This document shows positions 14,091-28,560 of a DNA stretch of 64,000 nucleotides, piece after piece; the stretch's first letter is position 1; each line of letters starts with the position of its first letter. Position numbers and translations under genes: made by a program. The stretch covers positions 32,860,001 through 32,924,000 of the forward strand of contig OZ024755.1 in the NCBI GenBank assembly GCA_964016885.1, written 5' to 3'. The DNA is from Eledone cirrhosa. Lineage: Eukaryota. The notes beneath the pieces were generated by a model. That model did not search any database. It was given only the letters and a program-made list of their open reading frames with translations, and was not told the origin of the DNA.

Positions 14091-14249
14091 TGTTTATCCC
14101 GGGTTCAATCGGGAGTAACCACAGTAAGTAAGGTACTCAATCCAAAGCAGAGTATAAATATTTAATATTGAAAGGCTTCTACAGGACTAGAACTGTTTCA
14201 TTCGGGAGAAATCATTCCTGATGATTTCTCCCGAACGAAACAGTTCTAG

Positions 14250-14250
<1 letters not shown>
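13821..14250. mobile_element. Two family C fold-back hammerhead elements (13821-13987, 14092-14250)
   Basis: ctagaactgtttc / gaaacagttctag arms; CTGATGA at 14218; gtactcaat motif; TA flanks. Confidence 0.8.
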
Positions 14251-14282
<32 letters not shown>

Positions 14283-14340
14283 ATGTATGTCCATATATAT
14301 ATATGTATGTACATTTATATATGTATGTATATATGTATAT

Positions 14341-14383
<43 letters not shown>

Positions 14384-14404
14384 TTATATACAATTATGTA
14401 AATA

Positions 14405-14744
14405 TAGTCGTCACCCGGTATTCGCGGGGTTTAACGTTCCGAGAACACCCACGGAAAGTTGAAAACCGCGAATATTGGACATGGTCCATAAAAATGCCTA
14501 AAAACGTCAAAATATAACGTAAAATATGATTTTTTTTTTTTTAAAGGGAGCGTCTTAAGCGAAGGGCCGTCCAAATAGGCCGGCAAATGCATATATTGTT
14601 ATTAAAATTTAGTGTTATATATATATATATAGCCACGAAAAAGGCCATGAAGATATTTACAATTCCGCGGATAGGCGGTGGTTTCAACGGACAATTATTA
14701 GTTAGGTTCTAAGGAAAATTCCGCGAATAACCGGGGGTACACTA
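14405..14744. mobile_element. Tigger/pogo-like MITE
   Basis: cccggtattcgcgg / ccgcgaataaccggg TIR-like ends; second copy at ~55722-56015. Confidence 0.7.
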
Positions 14745-14994
14745 TATACAATGTCACATACAACTATATAAAGTAAATATGAACGTAAAATACACATATG
14801 TATTTATAATATAACAGTATATAAAAGGACACACACACACAGGCAAGTACATATACACGTACATACACAGGCAAACATACATACGTACATAAACGCGCAG
14901 ACACTTACACACGTACACACACAGGCAAATATATACACACACAGAGACAAACATACATATACACACTCACAGAGGCACGTACACACACAGGCAA

Positions 14995-15057
<63 letters not shown>

Positions 15058-15144
15058 CAAGTACATATACACGTACACACAGAGGCAAACATACACGCGT
15101 ACACACACAGGCAATCATATATACAGACACACAGGCAAATATAT

Positions 15145-15176
<32 letters not shown>

Positions 15177-15410
15177 ACATACACACACTCACACAGAGGC
15201 AAGTAGATACACTCATACACACGTACACTCACAGACAAGCATACATACACAGGTTCATGTACAAACAAATACGCAAACACACCCGCTAAAAAAAATCTAT
15301 GTATATTTTACAAGGCCGCAGTTGTCACAAGAAAGATAGAAGCATTTCAAAATTAAAAACAAAAACAAAATGAAGAACATGTATTGAAATATGTGTGTGA
15401 GAGACAGAGC

Positions 15411-15597
15411 ACCGGTTTCAATCAGGGGAAACCTCAGTAAATAAGGTACTCAATACATAAGTAGAGCGTAAACATCTAATTTAATACAGAATGGATTCTA
15501 CAGGACTAGAACTGTTTCATTAGAAGGAATGGGCTTTCCTGGTGATTTCCTTCGAATGAAACAGTTCTAGTCCTGTAAAAGCCATTTCTATAATAAA
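15411..15597. mobile_element. Family C fold-back element (diverged)
   Basis: Same arms; core CTGGTGA at 15539 and GAAAcagttctagtcctgTA. Confidence 0.75.
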
Positions 15598-15610
15598 TTT
15601 GACGTTTTCT

Positions 15611-15701
<91 letters not shown>

Positions 15702-16146
15702 TGTGTGTCTGTGCGCGTGTGCGTGTGTGTGCATACATTTGTGAACAAACGAAAGAAAAAGTACACAATACGCTCAAGGAAGTTTATTTGTAAGATGCTG
15801 ACACTACGAGTTTCACCTTCTTGAGCAATCGTTTTACACACACACACACGTGTGTGTATGTGTGTGTGTGTGTATGTGTGTGTGTGTATGTGTGTGTGTA
15901 ATGATCCTGTAAGTGCACGGATGAAACTCCAAACTAACAAGACTCTTTACTTAGCTATAATACAAAAAAAAAAAAAACTCTTCTTCGGCATTGAGTACTC
16001 ATTTTCTCACGGGCGTCAATATCAACACCGATATACATACATACGTACGTACATATACACACACACACATATACATATATATACATACATACATACGTAC
16101 ATACACACACACACACATATATACATACATACATACGTACGTACAT

Positions 16147-16195
<49 letters not shown>

Positions 16196-16625
16196 CATAC
16201 ATACATACATACGTACATATACACACACACACACACACATATACATACATACGTACATACACACACACACACATACGTACATACACACACACACATACGT
16301 ACATACACACATACACACACACATACGTACATATACACACATATATACACACACATACGTACATATACACACACATATATACACACACATACGTACATAT
16401 ACACACACATATATACACACACACATACGTACATATACACACACACATACGTACATATACACACACACATATATACATACATACGTACATACACACACAC
16501 ACATATACACACATACGTACATATACACACACATATATATACACACACACACACATACGTACATATACACACACACATACGTACATACACACACACACAC
16601 ACACACTCACACACATATATATACG

Positions 16626-16657
<32 letters not shown>

Positions 16658-17512
16658 CATACACACATAAAAGTAATGAAAGTATATCTCCATCAATTTT
16701 AACGACAGTTTTGCAGTTATTCCATCAACTGAGCTACCTTCTCATAGAATCATAGTGTGAGTGGCTGAGTATCCCGCACGAATGCTTGTACTGTTTTAAC
16801 ATAATCCCCAGACAGACATAAGCGTGACAAGACAAGGCTGGTCTTTCGAATTGTATATAGAAAACGAGGCGCTACCTTCCACGCGGTATCCATTTACAGA
16901 ATTTCATAGACTAGGATTCCATGCATGCTTAGATAGGTAGGTCCTTAACTATTGATAGAATCGTAGGGTCGCCGTAGCGATATATTACACACAGTCATGG
17001 ACACTTCTAAAAACTTGGTGGAGCCTATCTCCGTCCATGTTATAGAAAGACAGAGAAAAACAGAAAAGAATTGAAAAAGAAATATAGACGAAAAATCGAC
17101 TGCAGCACTGCCATGATCTCTTTTTGTTTTTATCGATGTTGAAATGATGAAAGACAAAAGTAATCTCAGTGGGATTCGAGCTCAGAGCACATAAAGTGAA
17201 AATACAAATGGGAAGCATTCTATCGTTCTACCGCCTGTCCCAATACAACGCCGCCTTGTTTATTTAGCCTGAGATTATCGAAAAAAAAAAAAAAAAAAAA
17301 AATCTTCCTTAAGATGCCACACAGCGAGATCAAATCCCAAAATGATCGGAAAGTAAATTTCTTAACTCACACACCTCTCTTACAACACACACACACACAC
17401 ACATTTATATATATATATATTATATATATATTTGTGTGTATATATATATATATATAACGGTTGCATTTTGAAAGGGTATGTCAATATTTATTTATAAAAC
17501 TGGTATATATTG

Positions 17513-17577
17513 TATTTTGTCTGATGAAAGCATACCATAATTTAACATGGTATCCTTGAAATATGTATAATAAAATA
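17513..17577 (+). ncRNA. Type-I hammerhead motif (family B)
   Basis: uauuuugu CUGAUGA aagcauacca-loop-ugguauccuu GAAA uaugua UA auaaaaua; 8-bp stem I. Confidence 0.8.
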
Positions 17578-17712
17578 GATATGGTTTTATAAATATAGTT
17601 TCCATTTGTTAATATCGTATATATATATATATATATAGTTATGTACATATACAAATGTTTATATATTTTATGTAATCATATATATATATATATATTTGTA
17701 TGTATATATGTA

Positions 17713-17825
17713 TGTAAAAGGTAAACAGAAATATCAACACAATCAGTACAGTATATGGAAGGAATATATTAGGTTAACGCTTGATATAGCAGGAAGGGGG
17801 TCTTAACGTTTCGGACGCTAGTCCT
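17713..17825 (-). mobile_element. Family D element, 5'-truncated inside its hammerhead
   Basis: Reverse complement of 23664-23776; begins at stem II (ggactagcgtccgaaacgtt). Confidence 0.8.
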
Positions 17826-18070
17826 ATATATAGAATAAAAGAGAAAACACAGGTAGGCATTAAAAAAAGGATTTTATCCAGGTATTTACGACCGTTTCAT
17901 TGGTAAGCGCAACCTTATATCGCAGCCACTCGATAATAACTGTTATTCACCTCCAAATTTTCAAAATAATAGGGGAGTTACCCCTAACCGTACGTTGGGA
18001 ACCGTCCAAGAAACTGGCTATCTTAACCACGAACTGGATTACAATAAGCAACTTTCTGCTTTCCTAACTA

Positions 18071-18104
<34 letters not shown>

Positions 18105-18291
18105 CGTTATTCCGGGTTGAATCGGAGGTAACCACAGTAAGTAAGGTACTCAATACATTGCAGAGTATAAAAGTTTTAATATAGATGAGATTCTACAGGA
18201 CTAGAACTGTTTCATTCTTTAGAAATCAACCTGATGATTTCTAAAGAATGAAACAGTTCTAGTCCTGTAGAATCTCATCTATATTAAAACT
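18105..18291. mobile_element. Family C fold-back element
   Basis: Near-perfect ~55-bp arms inverted at gaaatca|acCTGATGA; nearly identical to 63851-63984. Confidence 0.85.
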
Positions 18292-18396
18292 ATATATATA
18301 TATATACAGATGCGAGAAAAACCACAAACTCTCCATTTCAATTCTACTTTTGAAAAGCATAAGAACTGTGAAACCGGTAAATAAATAAATATTCTT

Positions 18397-18489
<93 letters not shown>

Positions 18490-18963
18490 TGAACATGAAA
18501 TAACCGTAATTTCGACTCCTGTGTTTTGTTTGTTTCGTTTATTAACTACATATGTGTGCGTGTGTTTGATTGTGTGATTGCGTGTATGAATATATACTTT
18601 TATACATACTCCGTCAGCTATATCTACTGGCAAGACATTGCTTCAGGCTATTATAGTAGAATACATTTGACCAAAGTGTGCGGCGGGGGGTGGGCTTAAA
18701 CACGAAGCATTCTACTGAATTTAACACCCTAACCGATCAGAATATCACCAGTTTTCTCTACATTTTACCCAGTGTTGGATGAGGGTCACATAGGTTTAGT
18801 TGAAGAAGTCTAAGGCCTGATTGCCCCCCCCCCCCCCTCGTACCAAACTTGTTTTTGATGCTTCAATGCTGAGCATGGGTATCTCTGTTTTATGCAGAAC
18901 ACATACAAATATCACCACTTGAAAGCTCGAATGAGAAAAGAACACAAAAGAGAAACAGACACA

Positions 18964-19000
<37 letters not shown>

Positions 19001-19002
<2 letters not shown>

Positions 19003-19050
19003 CTCGGCCATGCTTACCATATATATATATATGGTAAGCATGGCCGAGGT
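19001..19050. repeat. Perfect 50-bp palindrome centred on a TA run
   Basis: acctcggccatgcttaccat-atatatatat-atggtaagcatggccgaggt. Confidence 0.95.
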
Positions 19051-19074
19051 ATCAAATTTTCATTACGTTTATTT

Positions 19075-19163
19075 AGGTGAGACGCGCGTTTCGCGATTGA
19101 TCAGCTCAAGGTCCAATCTCTATCGATCGGTCCCAACTCTGGAATCAAAAGCTCATCAGACCT
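19075..19163 (-). ncRNA. Hammerhead motif with extended stem II (family E)
   Basis: aggu CUGAUGA gc..~55 nt..gc GAAA cgcgcg UC (uc)accu, then AATAAA. Confidence 0.65.
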
Positions 19164-19888
19164 CTGTTATCGTAATGACATTATCTCATATATATATATA
19201 TATATATAATAACTCTGGAAAACCAACTGTGGAGTGCTTCTAATCTATTGTAAAACTTTATTCATTGAACCTTGTTTAACCTTTAAATATATATATATAT
19301 ATGAATGTATGTGTGTATGTGTGTGTGTGTGTGTATGTGTGTGTGTGTGTGTATGTGTGTGTGTGTGTGTGTGTATTGTGTGTGTGTGTATGTGTGTGTG
19401 TATGTGTGTATATATATATATTGTAAGGCCGTGAAACATGGATGAGTAAGTCAAGTGAATCATTATCTGAATACAATATACAGTATACAGGTTCTTTCTT
19501 AGTCTGTAATAATCTGGGGTTATGTCAGCAACCCCTTTTCAATATTTGTGTGTCTCATCAGTACAGACTGTCAGCCGGTACATATTCCTTAGTTATATTA
19601 CTATTTCATTGAAACAATTCAGCAGAAGGAAGACTGCAGCGCGCGCGCGTGTGTGTGTCTGCGTGTGTGTATATATATAATTATATATGCGTGTGTATGT
19701 GTGTGTGCGTGTGTATATATAATTATATATGTGTGTGTGTGCGTGTGTATATATAATTATATATGTGTGTGTGTGCGTGTGTATATATAATTATATATGC
19801 GCGTGTGTGTCTGCGTGTGTGTATATATATAATTATATATGCGTGTGTATGTGTGTGTGTGCGTGTGTATATATAATTATATATGCGC

Positions 19889-19930
<42 letters not shown>

Positions 19931-20372
19931 GTATATATAATTATATATGCGCGCGTGTGTGTGTGTATGTGTGTGTGTGTGTGTGCGTGTGTGTAATTTT
20001 ACACTACCAACCCTATCCATCCCTCTTTCCTTTTAAATTATATGTATATGCCTATATGCGTGTGTCTGTCTTAATCCTGAAATCAGTGAAAACTTTTATT
20101 CCTAAAGATCATAATTGTTTTCATCTTACAACACAGAATGTCAGAGAATACTAGGGAGTTATAAAGACGAAAATTTCCAGTGTGATTGTTCTTATGTTGA
20201 AAGATCATACAAAACATTCAGTTGACATTTGAAGATTACGTAAAACTGTTCGGATTCATTGTTTGGTTTTTCCCTTTACTATTCCTAAAGGTAAACTGGA
20301 CACACACGAAGATGGACTTAAGAGAAAATAGATGAACAGGTGTGTTCTTTTCTGTGCATAGACATACATGCG

Positions 20373-20453
<81 letters not shown>

Positions 20454-20895
20454 ATATATATATAATATATATATATATAATAAATATATATAATATATAT
20501 ATATATATAAATATAATATATATATATAAATATAATATATATATATAAATATTATATATATATATATATAAATATAATATATATATACAATATAATATAT
20601 ATATAATCTATATATATAATATATATATATATATTATATATATATATATATATAATTGTTTCTACTTTAGGCACAAAGCCAGCAATTACCCAGTGCATTA
20701 CTGGTACTTTATTTTATCGACCACGTAAGGATATATATAATATATATATATAATATATATATATATAATATATATATATAATATATATAATATGTATATA
20801 TATATAATATATATAATATATATATATATAAATATATAATATATATAATATATATATAATATATATAATATATATAATATATATATATATAATAT

Positions 20896-20940
<45 letters not shown>

Positions 20941-21140
20941 TATATATAATATATATATATATATAAAATAATAATAATAATATATATATATATAATATAT
21001 ATATATATAAAATATATATATATATAAAATATATATATATATAAAATATATGTATATATAAAATATATATATATATATATAAAATATATATATATATAAT
21101 ATATAAAATATATAATATATAAAATATATATATATATATA

Positions 21141-21174
<34 letters not shown>

Positions 21175-21487
21175 AAATATATATATATATATATATAAAA
21201 TATATATATATATATAATATATATATATAAAATATATATATATATATAAAATATATATATATATAATATATATATATATATATAAAATATATATATATAT
21301 ATAATATATATATATATAAAATATATATATATATATAAAATATATATATATATAATATATATATATATATAAAATATATATATATAATATATATATATAT
21401 ATAAAATATATATATATATATAAAATATATATATATATATATAATATATATATATATATAATATATATATATATATATAATATATAT

Positions 21488-21538
<51 letters not shown>

Positions 21539-21605
21539 TATATATATATAATATATATATATATAAAATATATATATATATATAAAATATATATATATAT
21601 ATAAT

Positions 21606-21636
<31 letters not shown>

Positions 21637-21639
21637 AAT

Positions 21640-21671
<32 letters not shown>

Positions 21672-21825
21672 AAAGATATATATATATATAATATATATAT
21701 ATAAAAAATATATATATATAATATATATATATATATATAAAAAATATATATATATAATATATATATATATATAAATTATATATATATAATATATATAATA
21801 TATATATATATAATATATATATATA

Positions 21826-21903
<78 letters not shown>

Positions 21904-22066
21904 TATATATAATATATATATATATAATATATATATATATATAAATATATAATATATATATATATATAATATATATAATATATATATATATAAATATATA
22001 ATATATATAATATATATATATATATAAATATATAATATATATAATATATATATATATATATAATAT

Positions 22067-22115
<49 letters not shown>

Positions 22116-22343
22116 TATATATATAATATATATATATATATAAAATAATAATAATAATATATATATATATATAATATATATATATATAAAATATATATAT
22201 ATATAAAATATATATATATATAAAATATATGTATATATAAAATATATAATATATAAAATATATATATATATAATATATATATATATATAAATTATATATA
22301 TATAATATATATAATATATATATATATAATATATATATATATA

Positions 22344-22396
<53 letters not shown>

Positions 22397-22422
22397 TATA
22401 TATAATATATATATATATATAT

Positions 22423-22465
<43 letters not shown>

Positions 22466-22482
22466 GTATATATATATAATAT

Positions 22483-22549
<67 letters not shown>
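20373..22549. repeat. Very long interrupted (TA)n tract containing a Meta SINE tail (20653-20731, minus)
   Basis: Direct reading. Confidence 0.95.
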
Positions 22550-22552
<3 letters not shown>

Positions 22553-22625
22553 CAAGGAAAATACAAAAGAGAGGTACAAAAAGTCTTATTAGTCTCATGC
22601 TTTATATGAAAAAGGGGAAAGAAAG

Positions 22626-22659
22626 TTCGACATGTCGGGCTTTCGCCCTTCTTCAAGAG
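22626..22659 (-). ncRNA. Degenerate minimal hammerhead
   Basis: uUGAAGA agggc-gaaa-gccc GAcA ug UC; two core substitutions relative to 34465-34498. Confidence 0.45.
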
Positions 22660-22942
22660 TACAAAAATAGTGACAGGATCACAAAGGATAGATACAGCCT
22701 ATATATATATAGAGAGAGAGAGAGAGAGGGAGAGAAAGAGAGAGAGGGGGAGGTGGGAGGGAGGGGGTCTGCGGTGCTGAGCCCCCAGGGAGACCCCTAA
22801 TCATGGGAGTACACATTTCAATGCACGGAAAGATGAAGAAAAGGTTTAGAGACATGTAAAATCTTGACCGCGGATAAAAGGCTTGCTAAACACACAAGCC
22901 GAAACCGCTTGGCGCTGCTGTCGAGATTTACATCTCTCTCTT

Positions 22943-22979
<37 letters not shown>

Positions 22980-23162
22980 TTTTGAGTTTATGTTGGTTGT
23001 ATACCAACACCTCAGAATGCAGGCTGGAGCACTCGACGAAGTGCGCAGGTTGGTTTGGTTACTCCGGAGTAGTGTAAAATAAAGTTAAATAAAAGTCAAA
23101 TGATTAAAATTTAGCTTCGTTTATTACTGCTATATATATTTCAGTGACTGCTATATATATTT

Positions 23163-23232
<70 letters not shown>

Positions 23233-23443
23233 AATAGAAAAAAAACGAGCAAGTTTCGTTTACATATAAAATATATTTATTATGCGCGTTTCCCAGCGGA
23301 TTGGCTCAAGGTAACCTATTATCTTTTATATGTAAACGAAACTTCCTCGTATTTTTCTGTTATATACACTCCGCATGTGCATAGAGTGCTTGAACTGGTG
23401 CCAACACCAATAATCCACTATACTACCCCGCCACACACATGCT
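23233..23443. mobile_element. Fold-back island with half hammerhead and CACTC...GAGTGC hairpin
   Basis: aagtttcgtttacatataaaa / ttttatatgtaaacgaaactt; GAAACGCGCATA on minus strand; related to family E. Confidence 0.65.
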
Positions 23444-23550
23444 ATATATATATATATATATATATTCTATTTTGATAGACACGCTCCATCATCCACTTTT
23501 CTAAAAAATAAAAAATAAATCATACACAAAACGCCAGCATCAACAGTTTT

Positions 23551-23776
23551 GCAAGAGATGTCAACATGAATGGACCTGTTATTTTTTATCTAAAGATATT
23601 TTTTCCAATTCCACCCCGCCCGTCCCCTCAATCTATTTTATTTCTCATTCTTTCTTCTGATGAAGGACTAGCGTCCGAAACGTTAGGACCCTCTTCCTGC
23701 TATATCAAGCGTAAACCTAATATATTCCTTCCATATACTGTACCGATTGTGTTGTTATTTCTGTTTACCTTTTACA
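23551..23776 (+). mobile_element. Family D hammerhead element
   Basis: ucuu CUGAUGA a ggac-uagc-gucc GAAA cg UU agga at 23653-23688; copies at 25789-26011 and 28885-29108. Confidence 0.8.
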
Positions 23777-23795
23777 CACACACACACACATACAC

Positions 23796-23856
<61 letters not shown>

Positions 23857-23916
23857 GTATATAATACTGGAATTGAATAATCAAAACCGTAGCGGTATGT
23901 CGCATATCAAATCTTA

Positions 23917-23979
23917 TATTTTGTCTGATGAAAACGTACTTAAACACCATTGTACCTTTGAAATATGTATAATAAAATA
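23917..23979 (+). ncRNA. Type-I hammerhead motif (family B)
   Basis: uauuuugu CUGAUGA aaacguac...guaccuuu GAAA uaugua UA auaaaaua. Confidence 0.75.
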
Positions 23980-24179
23980 TATATTTTGATTATGAGAATA
24001 TTTTTCATTTATTAATATTTTGAATAATATATATATATATATATATATATATGCAAAAGTTTTATTTAAAATTGTTGGGTTACAACGAGTAAATATTTTA
24101 TAACTGATATAAAAGCACTCAACTGATTTTTGGAGTATTTTACGATATTTACGATATTTATAAAACTGTTTATATATTG

Positions 24180-24245
24180 TATTTTATCTGAAGAGGGCAT
24201 ACCATATTTTTAATATGTTATCCCTGAAATATATATAATGAAATA
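24180..24245 (+). ncRNA. Type-I hammerhead motif (family B) within inverted element 24053-24287
   Basis: uauuuuau CUGAAGA gggcaua...uaucccu GAAA uauaua UA augaaaua, preceded by an antisense copy of the family 3' tail. Confidence 0.75.
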
Positions 24246-24401
24246 AATATGGTCTTATAAATGTAGTTTCCATTTGTTTTATATCGTATATATATATATA
24301 TATTTATTTATTTAATTAGTATATATATATATATAATTAAATAGTTTTGTTTTATACCTAGAGCACTCTTTTTTACTTTACTTTTCCTTCGGAATTACCT
24401 A

Positions 24402-24462
<61 letters not shown>

Positions 24463-24699
24463 AAGACGTTTACTCTATAGCTCGTTACAGAGACTGGACT
24501 GGCATTCTGTCTGTCATACGGTAGAAAGTGTTTAGTCGATCATATTAGACTTAGTACTTAGTACTTTCTATTCAGAAGTCTGGTACACAATGTATCGATC
24601 TGTCTTCATTGAACCACTAACCGATGGAACATAAACTGCACAGGTAGTTAAATTATGTCAATACAAATACAGACACTGGGACATGCGCAGACACTCACA

Positions 24700-25200
24700 C
24701 ATCCATATAGGCACACAATCACACACACACACACGTACATATAGGCACACAATCACACACACACGTACATATAGGCACACAATCACACACACACACATAC
24801 ATATAGGCACACAATCACACACACACACACGTACATATAGGCACACAATCACACACACACACACGTACATATAGGCACACAATCACACACACACGTACAT
24901 ATAGGCACACAATCACACACACACACGTACATATAGGCACACAATCACACACACACGTACATATAGGCACACAATCACACACACACGTGCATATAGGCAC
25001 ACAATCACACACACACGTACATATAGGCACACAATCACACACACACACACGTACATATAGGCACACAATCACACACACACACGTACATATAGGCACACAA
25101 TCACATACACATATATATACACACACACATACATATAGGCACACAATCACACACACACATATATACACACACACGTACATATAGGCACACAATCACACAC
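24700..25200. repeat. ~30-34-bp minisatellite (catataggcacacaatcacacacacacacgta)
   Basis: ~14 copies with a variable CA run. Confidence 0.9.
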
Positions 25201-25598
25201 ACATATATATACACAGCCACATACATACACACACATGCACATACATAAACAGAATCACACACCCACATGCACATATATACACACACACACAAGTACATAT
25301 ATACACATATACACACAATCACACAACCACATACACACATATACACACAATCACATACATGCACATATATACATACATGCACATACAAACACACAACCAC
25401 AAACACGCACATGCATATATATACACACAACCACATTCGCACGAACGCCAGACTCTTACAGCTATAAAAATATATGGGCTTCTGTACAGTTTCCATCTGT
25501 GAATTTCGTTATAACGGAATTTCCCTGTTTATATACATATATATATGCAAGTGAATTACGTTATAACGGAATTTCACTGTTTATATATATATATATAT

Positions 25599-25774
25599 AA
25601 CAAAGGAATTGTGGTAAGGAACCAGATGGACCATAACGCATCAGAGTACTCAATACTTAAGGTAGTACAGTGGGAAATAGGAAAAAGTATGCCCCCGACG
25701 GCAGAGCTCAAGCCGATTTGACGGCTATTTCTGGACGGCTTGAACTCTGCCGTCGGGGTCATACTTGTTCCTAT
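25599..25774. mobile_element. Family F fold-back element
   Basis: ccccgacggcagagctcaagccg / cggcttgaactctgccgtcgggg; copies at 32341-32499, 35053-35355, 59227-59263, all TA-flanked. Confidence 0.8.
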
Positions 25775-25888
25775 ATATATATATATATGCAAGAGATGTC
25801 AACATGAATGGACATGTTATTTTTATGTCAAGACATTTATTTCAATTCCACCCCACCCGTCCCCTCAATCTATTTTATTCTCATCCTT

Positions 25889-25924
25889 TCTTCTGATGAA
25901 GGACTAGCGTCCGAAACGTTAAGA
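25889..25924 (+). ncRNA. Minimal hammerhead motif (family D)
   Basis: ucuu CUGAUGA aggac-uagc-gucc GAAA cg UU aaga. Confidence 0.75.
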
Positions 25925-26720
25925 CCCTCTTCCTGCTATATCAAACGTTAACCTAATATATACCTTCCATATACTGTACCAATTGTATTGTTATATCTGT
26001 TTACCTTTTACATACATACATACATATATATATATATGCAAAAGTTCTATTTAAATTGTTGGGATACAACAAGCAAATATTTTTATAACTGATATAAAGC
26101 ACTCGACAAGTATTTGGAGTAAATATACGATATTAACAAATGGAAACTATATTTTAACATGGTATCCTTGAAATATGTATAATAAAATAGATATGGTTTT
26201 ATAAATATAGTTTCCATTTGTTAATATCGTATATATATATATATATATATATATGAGAACTAAGTTTCACTTTAAAATCTAGTAATCAACAAAATTACAC
26301 ACACACATATATATATATATACATACATATACACACACACACATAACGGCCAAGTCGGTGAATAGTTAGCATGCTGAACAAATGGTTGAACATTCTAAGT
26401 TCAAACTCAGCCGTTGTCCATTTTGAGGTTTCATCGATTAATGATCGATATTTATACAGTACCAGCCTCGTGGTATTTCCTTCTCTGTTTCTCACCTTTT
26501 CTACACTGGCAAAACCATTGTACAATGAGCAACATGGACGTGACTAGGCTCTACTTCGTTGAAAATAGCTCAAACACTGCATGTCAGGACAACATCAAAC
26601 ATTAAGGGTGCAAAGACAACGAAGAATTGACACAAACCCAAACTTCCCCACTCTCCAGAGCGTGAAATTAATAAACATTCGTTGTACTGCCTCTCTGTTT
26701 TGTTCCTGTTCAAATTTTCC

Positions 26721-26773
<53 letters not shown>

Positions 26774-26803
26774 AGATCAAAAGATGGTTAAAAGAGTTCC
26801 ATG

Positions 26804-26873
26804 TATTTTATTATGCGCATTTCAAAAACAAATATCATCATGCAATAACATTTGCGTTTTCGTCAGATAAATA
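26804..26873 (-). ncRNA. Type-I hammerhead motif
   Basis: uuuau CUGACGA aaacgcaaauguuau-loop-augauauuuguuuuu GAAA ugcgca UA auaaa; palindromic AUGCGCAU stem III. Confidence 0.75.
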
Positions 26874-26966
26874 GGGAGACATGATATGAAGGTTAAAATA
26901 CACTTGTGAATAGTGCAGTTTTAAATCAACATATCATTTATTGTACTACAATAAAACTCACCTCCT

Positions 26967-27018
<52 letters not shown>

Positions 27019-27145
27019 GTTATATTTAATTTGTTGGGATTCAACAAGCTTAAAAGTTTTATAACTGATATAAAGCACTCAACAGTTTACTGGAGTAAAT
27101 ATTCAATATATTAATAAATGGAAACTATATTTATAAAACCATACT

Positions 27146-27210
27146 TATTTTATTATATATATTTCAAGGGCAACCAAGGCAATTTTGGTGCGCTTTCATC
27201 AGATAAAATA
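27146..27210 (-). ncRNA. Type-I hammerhead motif (family B)
   Basis: uauuuuau CUGAUGA aagcgcaccaa...uugguugcccuu GAAA uauaua UA auaaaaua. Confidence 0.8.
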
Positions 27211-27402
27211 CAAAATATGTTTTATAAATGTTGACATACCCGTAGAAAAACAACCTTGACGGTTGAAGGTTCACTGGATAATCGATATATATATATAAGG
27301 GCGGCCGACTGAGGTAGAAGCTGCTAAATAGTCGGTCGTCCTCTTGTCTCTGATTTTCAGCCCCATGGATTTTATCTGTTATATTCCTTTGTTATATTTT
27401 GA

Positions 27403-27460
27403 ATACCTGATGATGTCACCGGATTCATACTGAACCCGGTCATTGAAATGATCATAGTAT
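27403..27460 (+). ncRNA. Type-I hammerhead motif (family G)
   Basis: auac CUGAUGA ugucaccggauuca-uac-ugaacccggucauu GAAA ugauca UA guau, immediately followed by AATAAA. Confidence 0.8.
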
Positions 27461-27504
27461 AATAAACCTTTCAAGGATTTACACCAGACCAGCCTCCTGT
27501 TATT

Positions 27505-27565
<61 letters not shown>

Positions 27566-27587
27566 GTATGTATATGTATGTATGTTT

Positions 27588-27718
27588 GTGCACAGTCTTT
27601 CCTCACTTTAAAACATATCTTCACGCACAGGCATTGCACGATAGAATTAATTAATAATTATTAATAATGGTATATCGTGCAATGGCCATACTCGATAACG
27701 AGGGAGCAGCCATCATGT
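27588..27718 (+). mobile_element. 3' part of a non-autonomous RTE-related SINE with (TATG)n tail
   Basis: Near identical to 54385-54515. Confidence 0.75.
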
Positions 27719-27853
27719 ATGTATGTATATGTATGTATATATATATATATACACACACATATATATATATATATATACACATATATATACATACATACAT
27801 ACATACGTATACATACATACATATACATACATACATACACATACATACATACA

Positions 27854-27896
<43 letters not shown>

Positions 27897-27989
27897 CAGT
27901 GAAATCCCGTTATAACAAAATATGTATGTATATATATATATATATTTCTTTTGCGAGGATTTTGATATGAAATCGTGGGTCGAAACAAA

Positions 27990-28325
27990 TATTGTTATAC
28001 TGGGGGAGGGTCATATTGTTGTAATAATATTGCCAGAAATGATAACAGAACACATTCACTGTTTGGGTGGTTTTCGCTTCTGTATCTTTTATATCAGTTA
28101 ATTCATTCGGTCCTCAATATTTACCAATGTCAGACTAAATGTGTTTATATCTATATTATATCTGTATTTTTGACCGTTGGGGTCACTCAATGGTAAACAT
28201 TGAGGATCGAATGAATTAGCTGATATAAAAGATACAGAAGCGAAAACCAACCAAACAGTGAGTGTGTTCTGTTATTAATTCTGGCAATATTATTACAACA
28301 ATATGACCCTCCCCAAGTAAAACAG
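27990..28325. repeat. ~135-bp-arm inverted repeat (TA-flanked fold-back)
   Basis: ~27995-28127 vs ~28189-28320; an arm homologue occurs at ~50385-50470. Confidence 0.9.
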
Positions 28326-28357
<32 letters not shown>

Positions 28358-28369
28358 CTTACATACATA

Positions 28370-28539
28370 CAGTGAAGTTCCGTTATGACAAAATTCACGG
28401 GGTATAAAAAAATTCGTTGTAACGAAAAATTCTTTATAACGAGATCGACCGAAACAAATCAAGCGTTTGTTTGTTATTACCTAGGGAGTTGAAACACAAA
28501 TTCGCTATAATGGTATTCTTTATAATGGAATTTTACCTG
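28370..28539. mobile_element. pogo/Tigger-like MITE
   Basis: Inverted relative of 8009-8174 with TA flanks. Confidence 0.75.
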
Positions 28540-28560
28540 TATGTATATATGTATATATAT

